Assembly (NCBI GenBank): GCA_951812645.1
Contig: CATOSM010000001.1
Coordinates: 63,560-103,559 of the forward strand
Reading direction: 5' to 3'
Length of the DNA stretch: 40,000 nucleotides
Origin: an uncultured Candidatus Nitrosopumilus sp.
Lineage (GTDB): Archaea > Thermoproteota > Nitrososphaeria > Nitrososphaerales > Nitrosopumilaceae
In this document: in pieces, positions 1 through 9,751 of the stretch
How the letters are laid out: each line of letters opens with the position of its first letter
Position numbering within the stretch: position 1 is the stretch's first letter
The notes under the pieces: model-generated
The model's database searches: none
What the model saw: the letters and a program-made list of their open reading frames with translations, nothing else
What the model was told of the DNA's origin: nothing
Translations under genes and position numbers: made by a program

Positions 1-209
1 TCCCGTTGGATATGATTTGGTTTGACAGTGACGGAAATGTTGTGCATATAGAAAAAAACGTTCCTCCTTGTAAGACTGCTTTAGAAATTGCTGCCTGTCA
101 AAGCATCGTTCCTGATGATGTTGCAAAATATGTACTTGAAGTGACTGCCGGATTTATCGATATGAACAATGTCACTGTAGATTCTAAGCTAACCATAATC
201 TCTATCTGA
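1..209 (+). CDS. DUF192-family protein, C-terminal part (5' end outside window)
   Basis: The frame is open back to base 3 (..PLDMIWFDSDGNVV..). PLDMIW-D and YVLEV-AG resemble the two conserved blocks of DUF192/COG1430 proteins. Confidence 0.6.
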   Translation, partial: PLDMIWFDSDGNVVHIEKNVPPCKTALEIAACQSIVPDDVAKYVLEVTAGFIDMNNVTVDSKLTIISI

Positions 210-249
210 TATTGCAAAGCCTTATCTTTGAATAATATTTTTATGCATT

Positions 250-807
250 GTGAACAAGTTTGTCATAATTTTAGGTCTTGCTGTTGGTGTTGCTGTGTCT
301 GTGCCATTTTTGATAGCCGGTGATAATGCTGCTGAACCTATTCCTGTATATGAGACTGGATTTACATATTATGATATTGAAACTATTCAAAACAATCTTA
401 AAAAGCAAAACATTTTCGTCTCTGCCCCTACTGCAATAACTGATCATACGATTAAGGAATACTGCATATTATTTGAGAACGGTCTTCCCCGAACTGTTGA
501 ATATTGCACTACTACTGCCGTGGCGGATTCTATGGGTAACACTCTTGGAAATATCAACATTGGGGGTGATGCCGTCTCTCCTATTATGGCCATAGCCAAT
601 CTTGAAACCTCTTCATTAGAATCCAATCAAGACGCTGTTTTTGCAGTATTTGAAGTCATGATTGAAACCCTGGTTTGTGACTGTTGGGAAGAAGAACAAT
701 CTGAAGATTATGAAACTCTTTCTTCATGGCTAACCGCTGTCCATGATTTTCACCGTAATTCTGACGGTCGAAACATTAAATCTCACATTGAAAATCTGGG
801 TGACTGA
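250..807 (+). CDS. hypothetical protein with N-terminal signal anchor
   Basis: 185-aa ORF with a GTG start and a hydrophobic N-terminus (FVIILGLAVGVAVSVPFLIAG). No recognisable domain. Confidence 0.5.
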   Translation: MNKFVIILGLAVGVAVSVPFLIAGDNAAEPIPVYETGFTYYDIETIQNNLKKQNIFVSAPTAITDHTIKEYCILFENGLPRTVEYCTTTAVADSMGNTLGNINIGGDAVSPIMAIANLETSSLESNQDAVFAVFEVMIETLVCDCWEEEQSEDYETLSSWLTAVHDFHRNSDGRNIKSHIENLGD

Positions 808-880
808 AATATTTTTTGAAATTACCTCAAAGGATGGTTCCGTTTTACAAACTTTGATTATTTTGAAATAGCTTGATTAT

Positions 881-1681
881 ATGATAGAAAATTCTTTGGT
901 TGACATTACGATGGTAGATCAATTGTGGCTAATTTTATTGGGGTTTGCAGCTGGAATTTTGGGCTCTATGATTGGCCTTGGCGGTGGGATTATTGTTGTT
1001 CCTGTATTGACTTTTTTGGGTTTTCCCCCCACCGTGGCTGCAAGTAATAGTCTGTTTGCCGCATTAAGCAATGCTGTCGCATCTGCTATTTCTTATTCTA
1101 AGCAAAAACGAATTGAATACTCTTTGGGACTCAAACTTGGACTACTTTCAATTCCTGGAACTGTCTTGGGAGCAATTGTTTCCACTGATGTGACTTCTGA
1201 TGTTTTCAAAATTTTGTTTGGATTTGTATTGATTGCATCTGCCGCATACATATTCCTAAGAAAAAAAATTGAGTCAAAGGAAAAAATAATTTCAAAACAA
1301 ACGATTCTTTTTGCAATTGGTGCAAGTTTTTTTGCTGGATTGATTTCTTCCTTTTTTGGTATCGGTGGAGGTGTTGTTTTTGTGCCTTTGATGGTGGTTG
1401 GTATGGGATTGACTGTGAAAAAAGCTGCACCCACTTCTCAACTGATCCTATTTTTTGCATCTTTATCTGGCGTAATCGTGCACAGCGTACTCGGACATCC
1501 TGATTTTCTTCAAGCTGGTCTGCTTTCAATTGGTTCCTTTGCTGGGGGGCTTGTTGGCGCTAAATTATCTATTACAATCAAGGAAAGATATTTGCAAATC
1601 CTTGTCTCTGTTGTGCTTTTGATTGCTGCCCTGAAAATGTTTTATGACTCATTATTTGGAAATTCTTTTTTGGTATTCTAG
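881..1681 (+). CDS. TauE/SafE (TSUP, DUF81) family membrane transporter
   Basis: 266 aa and polytopic. The Gly-rich helices GLGGGIIVVPVL and GIGGGVVFVPLM are duplicated, as is typical of TauE/SafE permeases. Confidence 0.8.
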   Translation: MIENSLVDITMVDQLWLILLGFAAGILGSMIGLGGGIIVVPVLTFLGFPPTVAASNSLFAALSNAVASAISYSKQKRIEYSLGLKLGLLSIPGTVLGAIVSTDVTSDVFKILFGFVLIASAAYIFLRKKIESKEKIISKQTILFAIGASFFAGLISSFFGIGGGVVFVPLMVVGMGLTVKKAAPTSQLILFFASLSGVIVHSVLGHPDFLQAGLLSIGSFAGGLVGAKLSITIKERYLQILVSVVLLIAALKMFYDSLFGNSFLVF

Positions 1682-1921
1682 CATCAACAATTTTTTTGCG
1701 CTTTTATACTGATTTTGCAATGTATCTTGTTCATTAGGTCTTATGATCTAAGGGCGGGAGAGACTGGTCGGCCCCCCTGTTGCTATTCTACAAAAGTATG
1801 ATTTCTACGTCTTTATTAAATAGGAATTTTGTAAATTAACTTCATGTCAAAAATATACATTCCGATAAGACCCTCTAGAAGAAATGATGAAGAATTTGAG
1901 GACTAATCTTTTATCATAAAG

Positions 1922-2395
1922 CTATCTTGATGGGTCTTTTTTAATCCCGTAGGTGTTTTTCTTTGCAAATATGGCGGTCTCATCATCTTGGCCTATTCCC
2001 TCATGATCTATTTTGATTTTCCCGAACTGTTCACCAATACCTTGTATCTCTATTTTTGTAAATTTTAACTTCAGTACTTGATCTGTGTATGATGGCTTAA
2101 GGAATCTTGTGCTTCCATTTTCCCATTCCGAATCCCCATCAGTACCTAGAAAAACAATCTCATTTCCATATATTTGACTTAATCTTGTAAATTCCCCTTC
2201 CGTTCTTGGCAGTGCGGCTCTTCCTGAAACTAGTTGTCGTTCTCCTTTCTTTTTATTTTCTAAAAACGCATTTATCACTCTTGAAAATTTCAAATATTCT
2301 TCTAATTCCTTTTCTGAAATACTGCATGTGGAATGAAACGTGTCTCCCACTCTGAACTCTGAAATTTTTTCATTCTTATCTTGATTCATCAACAC
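1922..2395 (-). CDS. hypothetical protein, possibly hotdog/MaoC-like fold
   Basis: 157-aa ORF whose start overlaps the stop of the upstream SDR gene by 20 nt, which suggests translational coupling. It only weakly resembles MaoC-type dehydratases (VGDTF...SISEKEL). Confidence 0.4.
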   Translation of the reverse strand: MLMNQDKNEKISEFRVGDTFHSTCSISEKELEEYLKFSRVINAFLENKKKGERQLVSGRAALPRTEGEFTRLSQIYGNEIVFLGTDGDSEWENGSTRFLKPSYTDQVLKLKFTKIEIQGIGEQFGKIKIDHEGIGQDDETAIFAKKNTYGIKKDPSR

Positions 2396-4157
2396 AGAAA
2401 ATTACTTCTGATGATGAAGCAGAACTATCTGAAACTAGGAAATTAAATGCCTCTGCAATTCTTTCATTGTTTGGCTCTGCCCCTGTGACTGAACCTGGGA
2501 ATATTGTAAATAATCTGATTTTTGATTTTAGAACATCGCTTAATTCTTGATTTACTGTTGTAGTAAATGGTCTTAGTGCCCCTCTGAATACTTCAGCTTG
2601 CGCCCTTTGCGTTCCTGTAACTTTCCTTCCAATTGGAAGATCCGGACCAACTATCATGATGGAACCTGATTTGTCTTTGAAGAGTCTAGGATCTTTGCCT
2701 CCTCCTGGAACAAATTGTTCCAGTGCCCCTTGTGCTACTGTTGCAGGAGTTGAGATGAATTTTGCAACTAGTTCTTCCCATCGTGCCCTGTTTAATTCGG
2801 TCAATTTTCCAACTTCTGGGAGTTTTCCTGTAACGTGAATCACTCCTAAAATTTCACCGATGTTGGTTTTTGCGGTGTTTAACCATTTTGCAACTTCTTC
2901 AGGGCTTGTAATATCTACAACGTGTGAGTGGAATTTTCCACTGATTTGATCTTGTAAATTGGCCGGTGTTGACTGTGAGATGAAACATGCGATTTTGCCA
3001 CCGTTCTTTTCAATATGACCGGCCAAGAATTCTACCCTATCTGCATCTGTCTTGTCAGTTGCATCTATTGTAAATACTACAGCTTTTCCACCAAAGTCTG
3101 GCTGATGAACTCCCGGAGCGGCAGTTCCAATATGTGCCTTAACTGGATAAAACACTCTGTCTCCTGGAATGACCTTGCCGTTGATTATTTTTGCAATTTC
3201 ATCATCACACAAATTGAGAACTGATTCTGCAACTTGTGTTTGTGATAAAAATTCTTGATTGGCAATCATATGTGATGTGTTGCTTTGAACTTTTTCTGCA
3301 ATTGTCTGAATTTTAGTTAGTAAGTTAGTAAATGTCTCAGTAAGTTTAGCAACATCCTTTCCGTCTGCTAATTTTTCCGCTGTCTTTGCAATTCCTTCTT
3401 TATCCATTCCATCGGCTAGGATGCATTCTAGCAAGTCATCCTTAGCTTCTTCAACTTCCACTGGTGTCATGTCCTCAAATCCGCCGACTCTCACGAATTC
3501 TGCTGCAGCTTTTGGATAAACTGTTTTGTAAATTCTGTCTGAATGTACCGGTCCTGGGTTTGTTGCAATTGATATGATTCCTTTGTCTGTCAGTTCCCAT
3601 GACATCAGTTCTGCTAGTCTGTTTTTGGCTCCTTGCGATGCTGTATATGGACTTCTAAATCTGTAAGGTCTTTGTTCCAGTGGCCTCTCTTCTGTAAAGA
3701 ATGTGGATATTGTAATTATTTTTGCACCTTCTTTCATTACTTTTAGTGCCTGAACTGAGCCCCAAAATGTTCCAGTCAAGTGGATTGCAATAGTACTTTT
3801 GAATTCATCAAGTGGGGAGTTTGCAAAACAAGTTACAGGGCCAGAAACCCCTGCATTGTTAATGATATAATCTAGAGTGATATTTTCGTTTTTTAATGTG
3901 TCAAACATGCTGTTGATTGCACCCTCGTCTGCAACATCCACCCCTGCAAAAATCCTCACTGTTGCATTAGAGTCCCGTGGAATCTTACCTTCAAGTTCTT
4001 TTGCCGCCTCTTCTAATGGTGCCTGTCTTCTTCCAAGAATTACCACGCTGGCACCCTCTTCGATAAATTTAGTGGCGATGGCTTTACCAATTCCTGTTCC
4101 ACTACCTGTAACCAGAGCAAGTTTATTTTGGAATTTTAGCATAGATGAAGTCTCCAA
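2376..4157 (-). CDS. long (593 aa) short-chain dehydrogenase/reductase-family oxidoreductase with a large C-terminal extension
   Basis: The N-terminus has the classical SDR Rossmann motif LALVTGSGTGIGKAIA and the NNAG motif (IINNAGVSGP). About 330 further residues follow with no motif I can name. An alternative start is M6 at 4142. Confidence 0.75.
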   Translation of the reverse strand: METSSMLKFQNKLALVTGSGTGIGKAIATKFIEEGASVVILGRRQAPLEEAAKELEGKIPRDSNATVRIFAGVDVADEGAINSMFDTLKNENITLDYIINNAGVSGPVTCFANSPLDEFKSTIAIHLTGTFWGSVQALKVMKEGAKIITISTFFTEERPLEQRPYRFRSPYTASQGAKNRLAELMSWELTDKGIISIATNPGPVHSDRIYKTVYPKAAAEFVRVGGFEDMTPVEVEEAKDDLLECILADGMDKEGIAKTAEKLADGKDVAKLTETFTNLLTKIQTIAEKVQSNTSHMIANQEFLSQTQVAESVLNLCDDEIAKIINGKVIPGDRVFYPVKAHIGTAAPGVHQPDFGGKAVVFTIDATDKTDADRVEFLAGHIEKNGGKIACFISQSTPANLQDQISGKFHSHVVDITSPEEVAKWLNTAKTNIGEILGVIHVTGKLPEVGKLTELNRARWEELVAKFISTPATVAQGALEQFVPGGGKDPRLFKDKSGSIMIVGPDLPIGRKVTGTQRAQAEVFRGALRPFTTTVNQELSDVLKSKIRLFTIFPGSVTGAEPNNERIAEAFNFLVSDSSASSSEVIFCVDESR

Positions 4158-4241
4158 TCCTTTATGATATTTATTTGGATTGATCCCTGAGGCAAATTTT
4201 TTCTTGATATCTTTATTTGTGGGTATGATTCAGGATTTTTA

Positions 4242-4478
4242 ATGCATGATACAGAATCAGACACATTTGTCTATCAATCATGGCCTGAAAAATTCTCTAG
4301 CATGTTAAAGGAGATCGGTGTGGATTCCGAATCTAAAGAAATTGGAACTGACGAACTTGAAAATGACGATTATTACAGTAGGTATTTTGCTCAAACACCT
4401 AGAATGGTAACTAACAGAGGGTGTATTGATGTCAAGAATTCAAATATTGACGCAGTGCAAATCATTCAAAAGGGATAG
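4242..4478 (+). CDS. hypothetical protein
   Basis: 78-aa ORF directly abutting the next ORF (stop and the following ATG are 2 nt apart). No recognisable motif. Confidence 0.4.
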   Translation: MHDTESDTFVYQSWPEKFSSMLKEIGVDSESKEIGTDELENDDYYSRYFAQTPRMVTNRGCIDVKNSNIDAVQIIQKG

Positions 4479-4480
4479 AT

Positions 4481-4858
4481 ATGCAAGATCCAAATCCACT
4501 ACCATGGGGCGCATCGGATAGATTCCAGGCTCAATTCATAGTTAGAAAGTCTGCCGGTTCTGGATTTTCAAACTATGTTGCAAAAACTAAACTTGCCACA
4601 AAAGGTCATTTTGCATCCAAAGCTGTCGTCAGGGTAGAATGGAACGGTTCTGGCAGTTTGGCATCAAAACTAAATGCTGATGCCGAACTAAATGATATGA
4701 TTGCCAAACAATCTGTTAAAGATGCAACCATCTATGTAGAGCCTACAGATGTGGCAGTAAGAATTAGGGGTAAATGGGATAACCACATTGCTTTTGGAAT
4801 TACAAAAGAACTTTTTGAAATCTATGACCGGATTGCCGGTCACATAAAATCTATCTAG
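4481..4858 (+). CDS. hypothetical protein
   Basis: 125-aa ORF, apparently co-oriented and coupled with 4242..4478. Confidence 0.5.
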   Translation: MQDPNPLPWGASDRFQAQFIVRKSAGSGFSNYVAKTKLATKGHFASKAVVRVEWNGSGSLASKLNADAELNDMIAKQSVKDATIYVEPTDVAVRIRGKWDNHIAFGITKELFEIYDRIAGHIKSI

Positions 4859-5391
4859 GCCTTCCACCAGTCTAAGGCTAAAAAGTCTACTTTATCCCTG
4901 CCCTTTGGTATCGCTAAAATGAATTGTTTTCTAACCGTGGTTGCCAGTCTTCCTGCTAGCACAATTCCTGTTGTTGTTATTGATTCACTTCTTGTATACA
5001 CTTGAATCAGAAATGGCGCATGATCAATGCCTGGGCCTTTTTCATAAACTGCAAAGTCACAACCGAATTTAATCCCCGGATTGATAATGTATCCTTTGTC
5101 TCTAAAATTTTTGTACACTAGATATTTTTTATCAAACTCAAAAACCTCCTTTTTGCAAATCTCAACTAACTGTTCTACTGTAATTTTTTGTCTTGATTTT
5201 GTAATTGTAATTTTTTTATTTTCTAGCAGGTATAGCCCTTCTATCAAATCTAAAATTAACGGCGCATCTATCTCTTCAATCTTTGGTTTTGGCATTCCTA
5301 TCGGCTTTCCATAATATCCTTGGCTGAAAAGCTTTTTTGAATTCTCGATGTCCCATACTATGATTCTATTTTCAATTAGTTCGCTTTTCAT
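4855..5391 (-). CDS. endA: tRNA-splicing endonuclease
   Basis: 178 aa. YLVYKNFRDKGYIINPGIKFGCDFAVYEKGPGIDHAPFLIQV matches the catalytic C-terminal domain signature of archaeal EndA. Confidence 0.9.
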   Translation of the reverse strand: MKSELIENRIIVWDIENSKKLFSQGYYGKPIGMPKPKIEEIDAPLILDLIEGLYLLENKKITITKSRQKITVEQLVEICKKEVFEFDKKYLVYKNFRDKGYIINPGIKFGCDFAVYEKGPGIDHAPFLIQVYTRSESITTTGIVLAGRLATTVRKQFILAIPKGRDKVDFLALDWWKA

Positions 5392-5488
5392 GCCATTGTG
5401 ATATGGTATCCGTATATGAATTCTTTATTGGCGTGTAAAATTACTCTGGTTTGAAAATAAAGTAAAAGTGGTGGGAGTTTTGATTGGC

Positions 5489-6142
5489 TTATAGGCTTAA
5501 TGCCAATAATATGAAAGAATCTGAAACCCTTTGACACTTATCTGCCATCTCTTCTATCCCTTCAATCACATCCTTGATTAACATCAATTCCTTTGTGTCC
5601 GTCACTGCTGTTAGCAGCTTTAATGTTGCCTGTCTGTATTTGATATCGATTTCTCTTTCAATTGTCTGTGTTTCCTGAGCCAATTCGATGGCGTTTGCAG
5701 TGTTTGTGTTAAGACTACGGATGATCTCATTTAGTTTGTAAACTTCGTCTACAACCAATTCGATCAGCTTTGTAATGTCTTTATCCAGTTTCGCGCTTTT
5801 CAATGTCGCAATCTTCACATTTGATAGCTTGAACGAAATGCCTGTGATATAGCCTGCAATTTCATCCATGGTGTATGCTGTGTTCAAAAGATTCTCCCTA
5901 TTCATGATTAATCCCCCGACATCTGCAACTTCACGTGTGATTTTTCTTCTCAAGTTTTCAACCTCTTCTTCGATTGTTGAGATTTGTTCTAGCGTGTTTT
6001 TTATTCCAGTTTTGTCTTTCTTCATCATTAGTTCAGGAAGTGTTGCAAGCTCTCTGGATGCATTTAGAATTCTATTGATTTCGTCTTGTAAAACTGCTAT
6101 GGCCTTTCTTTTTGCTTGAACTTCAAGCTCTCCGCTATACAT
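5489..6142 (-). CDS. DUF47/PhoU-like helical protein (COG1392-type)
   Basis: 217 aa, all-helical. The C-terminal IKDVIEGIEEMADKCQRVSD block resembles the DUF47 (PhoU_div) family. Confidence 0.55.
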   Translation of the reverse strand: MYSGELEVQAKRKAIAVLQDEINRILNASRELATLPELMMKKDKTGIKNTLEQISTIEEEVENLRRKITREVADVGGLIMNRENLLNTAYTMDEIAGYITGISFKLSNVKIATLKSAKLDKDITKLIELVVDEVYKLNEIIRSLNTNTANAIELAQETQTIEREIDIKYRQATLKLLTAVTDTKELMLIKDVIEGIEEMADKCQRVSDSFILLALSL

Positions 6143-6209
6143 AACAAAACTGAGAATACCCTGAGGTAATTTAAATCCTCTAGGATTTTTGGACTATGCT
6201 GAGCACAAA

Positions 6210-7976
6210 TTACATCAAACTTTTGTCATGTGCTACTTTTTTCTGACCCTTGTATAATGTGAGAACTTCCTCATTTGTTGATGCGTCTTCTACTGCTTTT
6301 TCTACTCTGATTTTCCCCGTAAATTTTGGAAACCTTAATGCCAATCCTGCATCCTTGCGGATTACATCCATCGCTGCCTTGTGAATTGGGCTAAGTGTGA
6401 TTTCTGATGCTACCACTTCAATTACTAGTTCTGGCTCAAACCATACGTCTGCTTCCATTTCACTTATGATGCGTGGATTTTTTTTGATTGAAACTTTGGA
6501 TTGCAAGATTTGATATAATTGATCTAATGATTCGTCTGAAAAACCTGTTCCAACTTTGCAAATGCTTGGAAACGCATCTTCATCTTCATCATATGTGGCC
6601 AGTAGCAGTGTTCCATAACTTCCCGTTCTTCTTCCTTTACCAAAATACCCCCCAATTACTACAAGATCTAAGCTGTCTCCTAACTCGTTTCTATATTCGC
6701 GTTTTAGTTTGAGCCAATGGCTTCCTCTTGATCCTGCCTGATATGGCTTATCTAGCATTTTTAGCATCAGTCCTTCACTTCCTGCATTGATGCTATTTTC
6801 CATAAAATCTTCAATCCCATTTTCGTTTTTTACAACACTCATGGGAATGTATTTTGAATATCCGTCTTCTTTGACATGTTTTTCTAGCTTTTCTCTTCTT
6901 TCTTTGTAGCTCAACTCCACACAGCTTTTTCCATTGCAATACAATATGTCAAAAAAGTTAACAGTGATTGGATATTCTTCCACCGCTTTTTCTATTTTGT
7001 ACTTTCTTCTCCTGTGCATCAATTCCTGAAATGGTAAAAACTCTCCGGTGTTTTCGTTTATTGCTACAGCTTCTGCTTCCAAAATTATGTTATCTGCTTG
7101 AATGTTTTTAGGAATTTTTTCTACGATGTCTGGATAATAACTCCCAATATTTTCCAAGCTTCTGGAAAACAATGCTACTTTTTCTCCCTCTATGTGCAAT
7201 TGGACCCTTTCCCCATCCAGTTTGTATTCTGCTGCAAACCTCTCTCCCATTTTCTCAGTTGCTTCTGCTTCGCTTTTTACTCTGTCTGCCAACATTGGCC
7301 TGACTGGATTAAACAAAATGATTTCAAATTTTTCAATTCCCTCCAAACCTTTCGTTGCAATCGTTTCAGCAACTTTTCCTAAATCGCTTGATACGTTGTA
7401 TGCATGTTGCAGTTTTTTTCTATTTTCTTTGTTTCCTGAAAACGCAATGGCCAATGCATCCATCACTGTATTTTCTGCTATTCCTAGCCGTAACGTACCC
7501 AGTAATATTTTCAAAATGAAACTTGCTTCTAATGGGGTTGCATCATTTAGCAGACTGGATATGTACTTCATTTTCATATCTTGAGATCTAGACCCTCCCA
7601 GCTTTGCAATTTTGAATAACGTCTCGTAGACTCTTTCCACGGTAATATCCTCCATCAAAAACGTAGTCTGTGTTTTCTGTTCCAGTATTATCGATGCTGC
7701 ATGTCCCAAGTCCCCCCCCTTTCTATATTCACCTTCAATTTTCTTTATTGGAATCCCTGATGATTTTGAAATTGCTCTTATTGCAAGTTTTTCAGCTACT
7801 CCTAACTCGATTCCTTCAAAGTCCGGTCTTAACTTTCCTTGAATTAGATACACAATTTTCGAAATTACCTCGTGTGGTGTTTTTTCAAATAATTCTACAA
7901 GAAACCGTGTCAGTTCCAATCTCTTTCGTGTGGATTCCATTCTGTTAAATGACTCAGCCAGCGTTGAAAATTCCAT
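6210..7976 (-). CDS. lig: ATP-dependent DNA ligase
   Basis: Adenylation motif AEYKLDGERVQLH (KxDG) with the typical archaeal N-terminus MEFSTLAESF. I start at the internal Met (7976) because the 47-codon upstream extension overlaps gene 8012..8431. Confidence 0.9.
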   Translation of the reverse strand: MEFSTLAESFNRMESTRKRLELTRFLVELFEKTPHEVISKIVYLIQGKLRPDFEGIELGVAEKLAIRAISKSSGIPIKKIEGEYRKGGDLGHAASIILEQKTQTTFLMEDITVERVYETLFKIAKLGGSRSQDMKMKYISSLLNDATPLEASFILKILLGTLRLGIAENTVMDALAIAFSGNKENRKKLQHAYNVSSDLGKVAETIATKGLEGIEKFEIILFNPVRPMLADRVKSEAEATEKMGERFAAEYKLDGERVQLHIEGEKVALFSRSLENIGSYYPDIVEKIPKNIQADNIILEAEAVAINENTGEFLPFQELMHRRRKYKIEKAVEEYPITVNFFDILYCNGKSCVELSYKERREKLEKHVKEDGYSKYIPMSVVKNENGIEDFMENSINAGSEGLMLKMLDKPYQAGSRGSHWLKLKREYRNELGDSLDLVVIGGYFGKGRRTGSYGTLLLATYDEDEDAFPSICKVGTGFSDESLDQLYQILQSKVSIKKNPRIISEMEADVWFEPELVIEVVASEITLSPIHKAAMDVIRKDAGLALRFPKFTGKIRVEKAVEDASTNEEVLTLYKGQKKVAHDKSLM

Positions 7977-8011
7977 TTCCTTTATCTGCCCGATCTTGAA
8001 TAAACTATGAA

Positions 8012-8431
8012 TTAGATGTATCTGAAGATTGTTGGCTTGTCTGACTTGGGAATATCTGCAACTAGCGCAAAGTTGTAAAATGGATATGCCTCCTTGTATT
8101 GCTTCATGAAACTCCATGCTACATCATGTGTCTTGAAATTTGTTCTAATCCCGTCAATCTCGCTTTTGTTTCCATACACATCAAAGGGTACAACTTGATA
8201 CTCTTTTGGACGATTATGTGGCCTTGCTCTGAGAAACCACGCAAGTGCAAAAACAAACACCGTTCCTAAAATCACATATTCCCCAGCAATTTTGAAAAAT
8301 GCTAAAATCACGTTGGGAATAGTCTGTCCAAACAACACTGCAACAAAACTTGAGAAAGAGATGACTGCCAAGGCTGTGAAAATATACGTTTTCCAATCAA
8401 ATATCTTTTGAAAAGCATTCATGACCTGCAA
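8012..8431 (-). CDS. hypothetical membrane protein (2 predicted TM helices)
   Basis: 139-aa ORF with two hydrophobic stretches (YIFTALAVISFSSFVAVLF and YVILGTVFVFALAWFL). Confidence 0.5.
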   Translation of the reverse strand: MQVMNAFQKIFDWKTYIFTALAVISFSSFVAVLFGQTIPNVILAFFKIAGEYVILGTVFVFALAWFLRARPHNRPKEYQVVPFDVYGNKSEIDGIRTNFKTHDVAWSFMKQYKEAYPFYNFALVADIPKSDKPTIFRYI

Positions 8432-8487
8432 TGAATACGGACTTTTTTGATTTAACTATTTCCCATGGTTGGCAAGTTCTCACATCG

Positions 8488-9630
8488 CTAATCTGGATCT
8501 TCATAGCTTTCTTTCTTTTCCCCAGACGATGCGTCTTCCATTGGCTTCATCTTGGTTTCAAGAACATCCATTCTTGCTCTATACCCTTCAGCATATTCCA
8601 ACTCTGAAGGTACAAGTGTTGCTGGATGAATAAATCCTTGGCTTCTAATTGCAATTGCCTTCCTTGTTGCATTTTCTCTAATGTAATCCCAATCCGGTGT
8701 TGAGAATCCATCAAATGGACCTGTCAGTTTGCCATTGTGCATGCTGAAGACAAGTGCTTCAACAATTGGAATGCAAAAGTTGATTGTAGCTGCCGAATTT
8801 AGTTTTACAGGCATCAACGGCATGTTGTGACTGCCTCTTGTGTTTCCTGCAACATAGTGTGGATTATTAAACACGCTTCCTACTTCTTCTGTTGCTGGAA
8901 AATTCTTCTGCGTTCTAACTAAGCAAATCGGATCATCTTTTCCAACATAAGTTCCTGCTATGTTGTGCAGTCTGTCAGTTGACGCATCAAGAATTGGCTC
9001 TCCGTCCCTCGTGCATACAGAGTCTACAACATATCTTCCCGGATACATTAGTGCAGCTTCAATAGTCGGCTTATCTTCCCATAATTGCAAAGATGCAATC
9101 TGTGCTTTTTCTACATCCATGATGTTTACTGTCACTCCTCTTGCAAGGCTTTTGTTGACAATTAATCCCGTGTTGCTAAGTGCGTCTACAAACATTCTGT
9201 AAATGGGATAGTTGAATGCGCCTGGTTCTGTTTTGTCTGCTGCAAAAACTGTAAATGCTTCGTTTGGCCTCTCTTCGAATTCCATTTCTGCGACTCCTGG
9301 GCCCATTCCTTTTACATTTCCTGAAAAGGAATCCCTCAGCAAGTCTTGTCCTGCACCATACAGCCCTTCTTCCTTTGCTACCTGCGTTCCTGCCATGAAT
9401 GCATCCCATGCTAGCTTGTGAATTTGTTGATTGTCCACTCCGTGAGTATGGGTCATGACGATGTGGGTATCATCCCCGCAATATCCGATATAGTGATCAA
9501 TTAGTAAATCGCCTGAATTCCCTACGGTATCCCTGATTGCCCTGATCAGTCCGTCACTTGGTTTTGTATGTCCGCCTACTCCGCCGACATCTGCCTTGAT
9601 AACCGAAACTGTAATTTTCATAGTTTCCAT
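8488..9630 (-). CDS. fbp: fructose-1,6-bisphosphate aldolase/phosphatase (class V FBPase)
   Basis: The hallmark N-terminus MKITVSVIKADVGGVGGHTKPS and a length of ~380 aa are typical of the archaeal bifunctional enzyme. Confidence 0.95.
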   Translation of the reverse strand: METMKITVSVIKADVGGVGGHTKPSDGLIRAIRDTVGNSGDLLIDHYIGYCGDDTHIVMTHTHGVDNQQIHKLAWDAFMAGTQVAKEEGLYGAGQDLLRDSFSGNVKGMGPGVAEMEFEERPNEAFTVFAADKTEPGAFNYPIYRMFVDALSNTGLIVNKSLARGVTVNIMDVEKAQIASLQLWEDKPTIEAALMYPGRYVVDSVCTRDGEPILDASTDRLHNIAGTYVGKDDPICLVRTQKNFPATEEVGSVFNNPHYVAGNTRGSHNMPLMPVKLNSAATINFCIPIVEALVFSMHNGKLTGPFDGFSTPDWDYIRENATRKAIAIRSQGFIHPATLVPSELEYAEGYRARMDVLETKMKPMEDASSGEKKESYEDPD

Positions 9631-9751
9631 TTTTGCACCTTTGATTTATGTGCTTTTAGCAAAGTTTTATGATCCATAAAAAATTGAATATTTTTTATTT
9701 TTTCTTCAAAAATTCATAACGCTAATAAATGCCCTCAGCGACGCATCACAT

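Noticed and set aside
1741-1920. A GC-rich patch (GGGCGGGAGAGACTGGTCGGCCCCCC) and a C-box-like ATGATGA in the AT-rich intergenic region. I considered a tRNA, a C/D-box sRNA or another ncRNA.
   Set aside because: I could find no cloverleaf, no T-loop (GTTCRANYC), no matching D box (CTGA) at the right distance, and no convincing stem. The evidence is not enough to call an RNA gene.
6210-8117. A 635-aa version of the DNA ligase ORF with 47 extra N-terminal codons.
   Set aside because: The extension (MEFHEAIQGG...) overlaps the 3' end of gene 8012..8431 and lacks ligase similarity. The canonical archaeal ligase N-terminus MEFSTLAE begins at the internal Met (7976).
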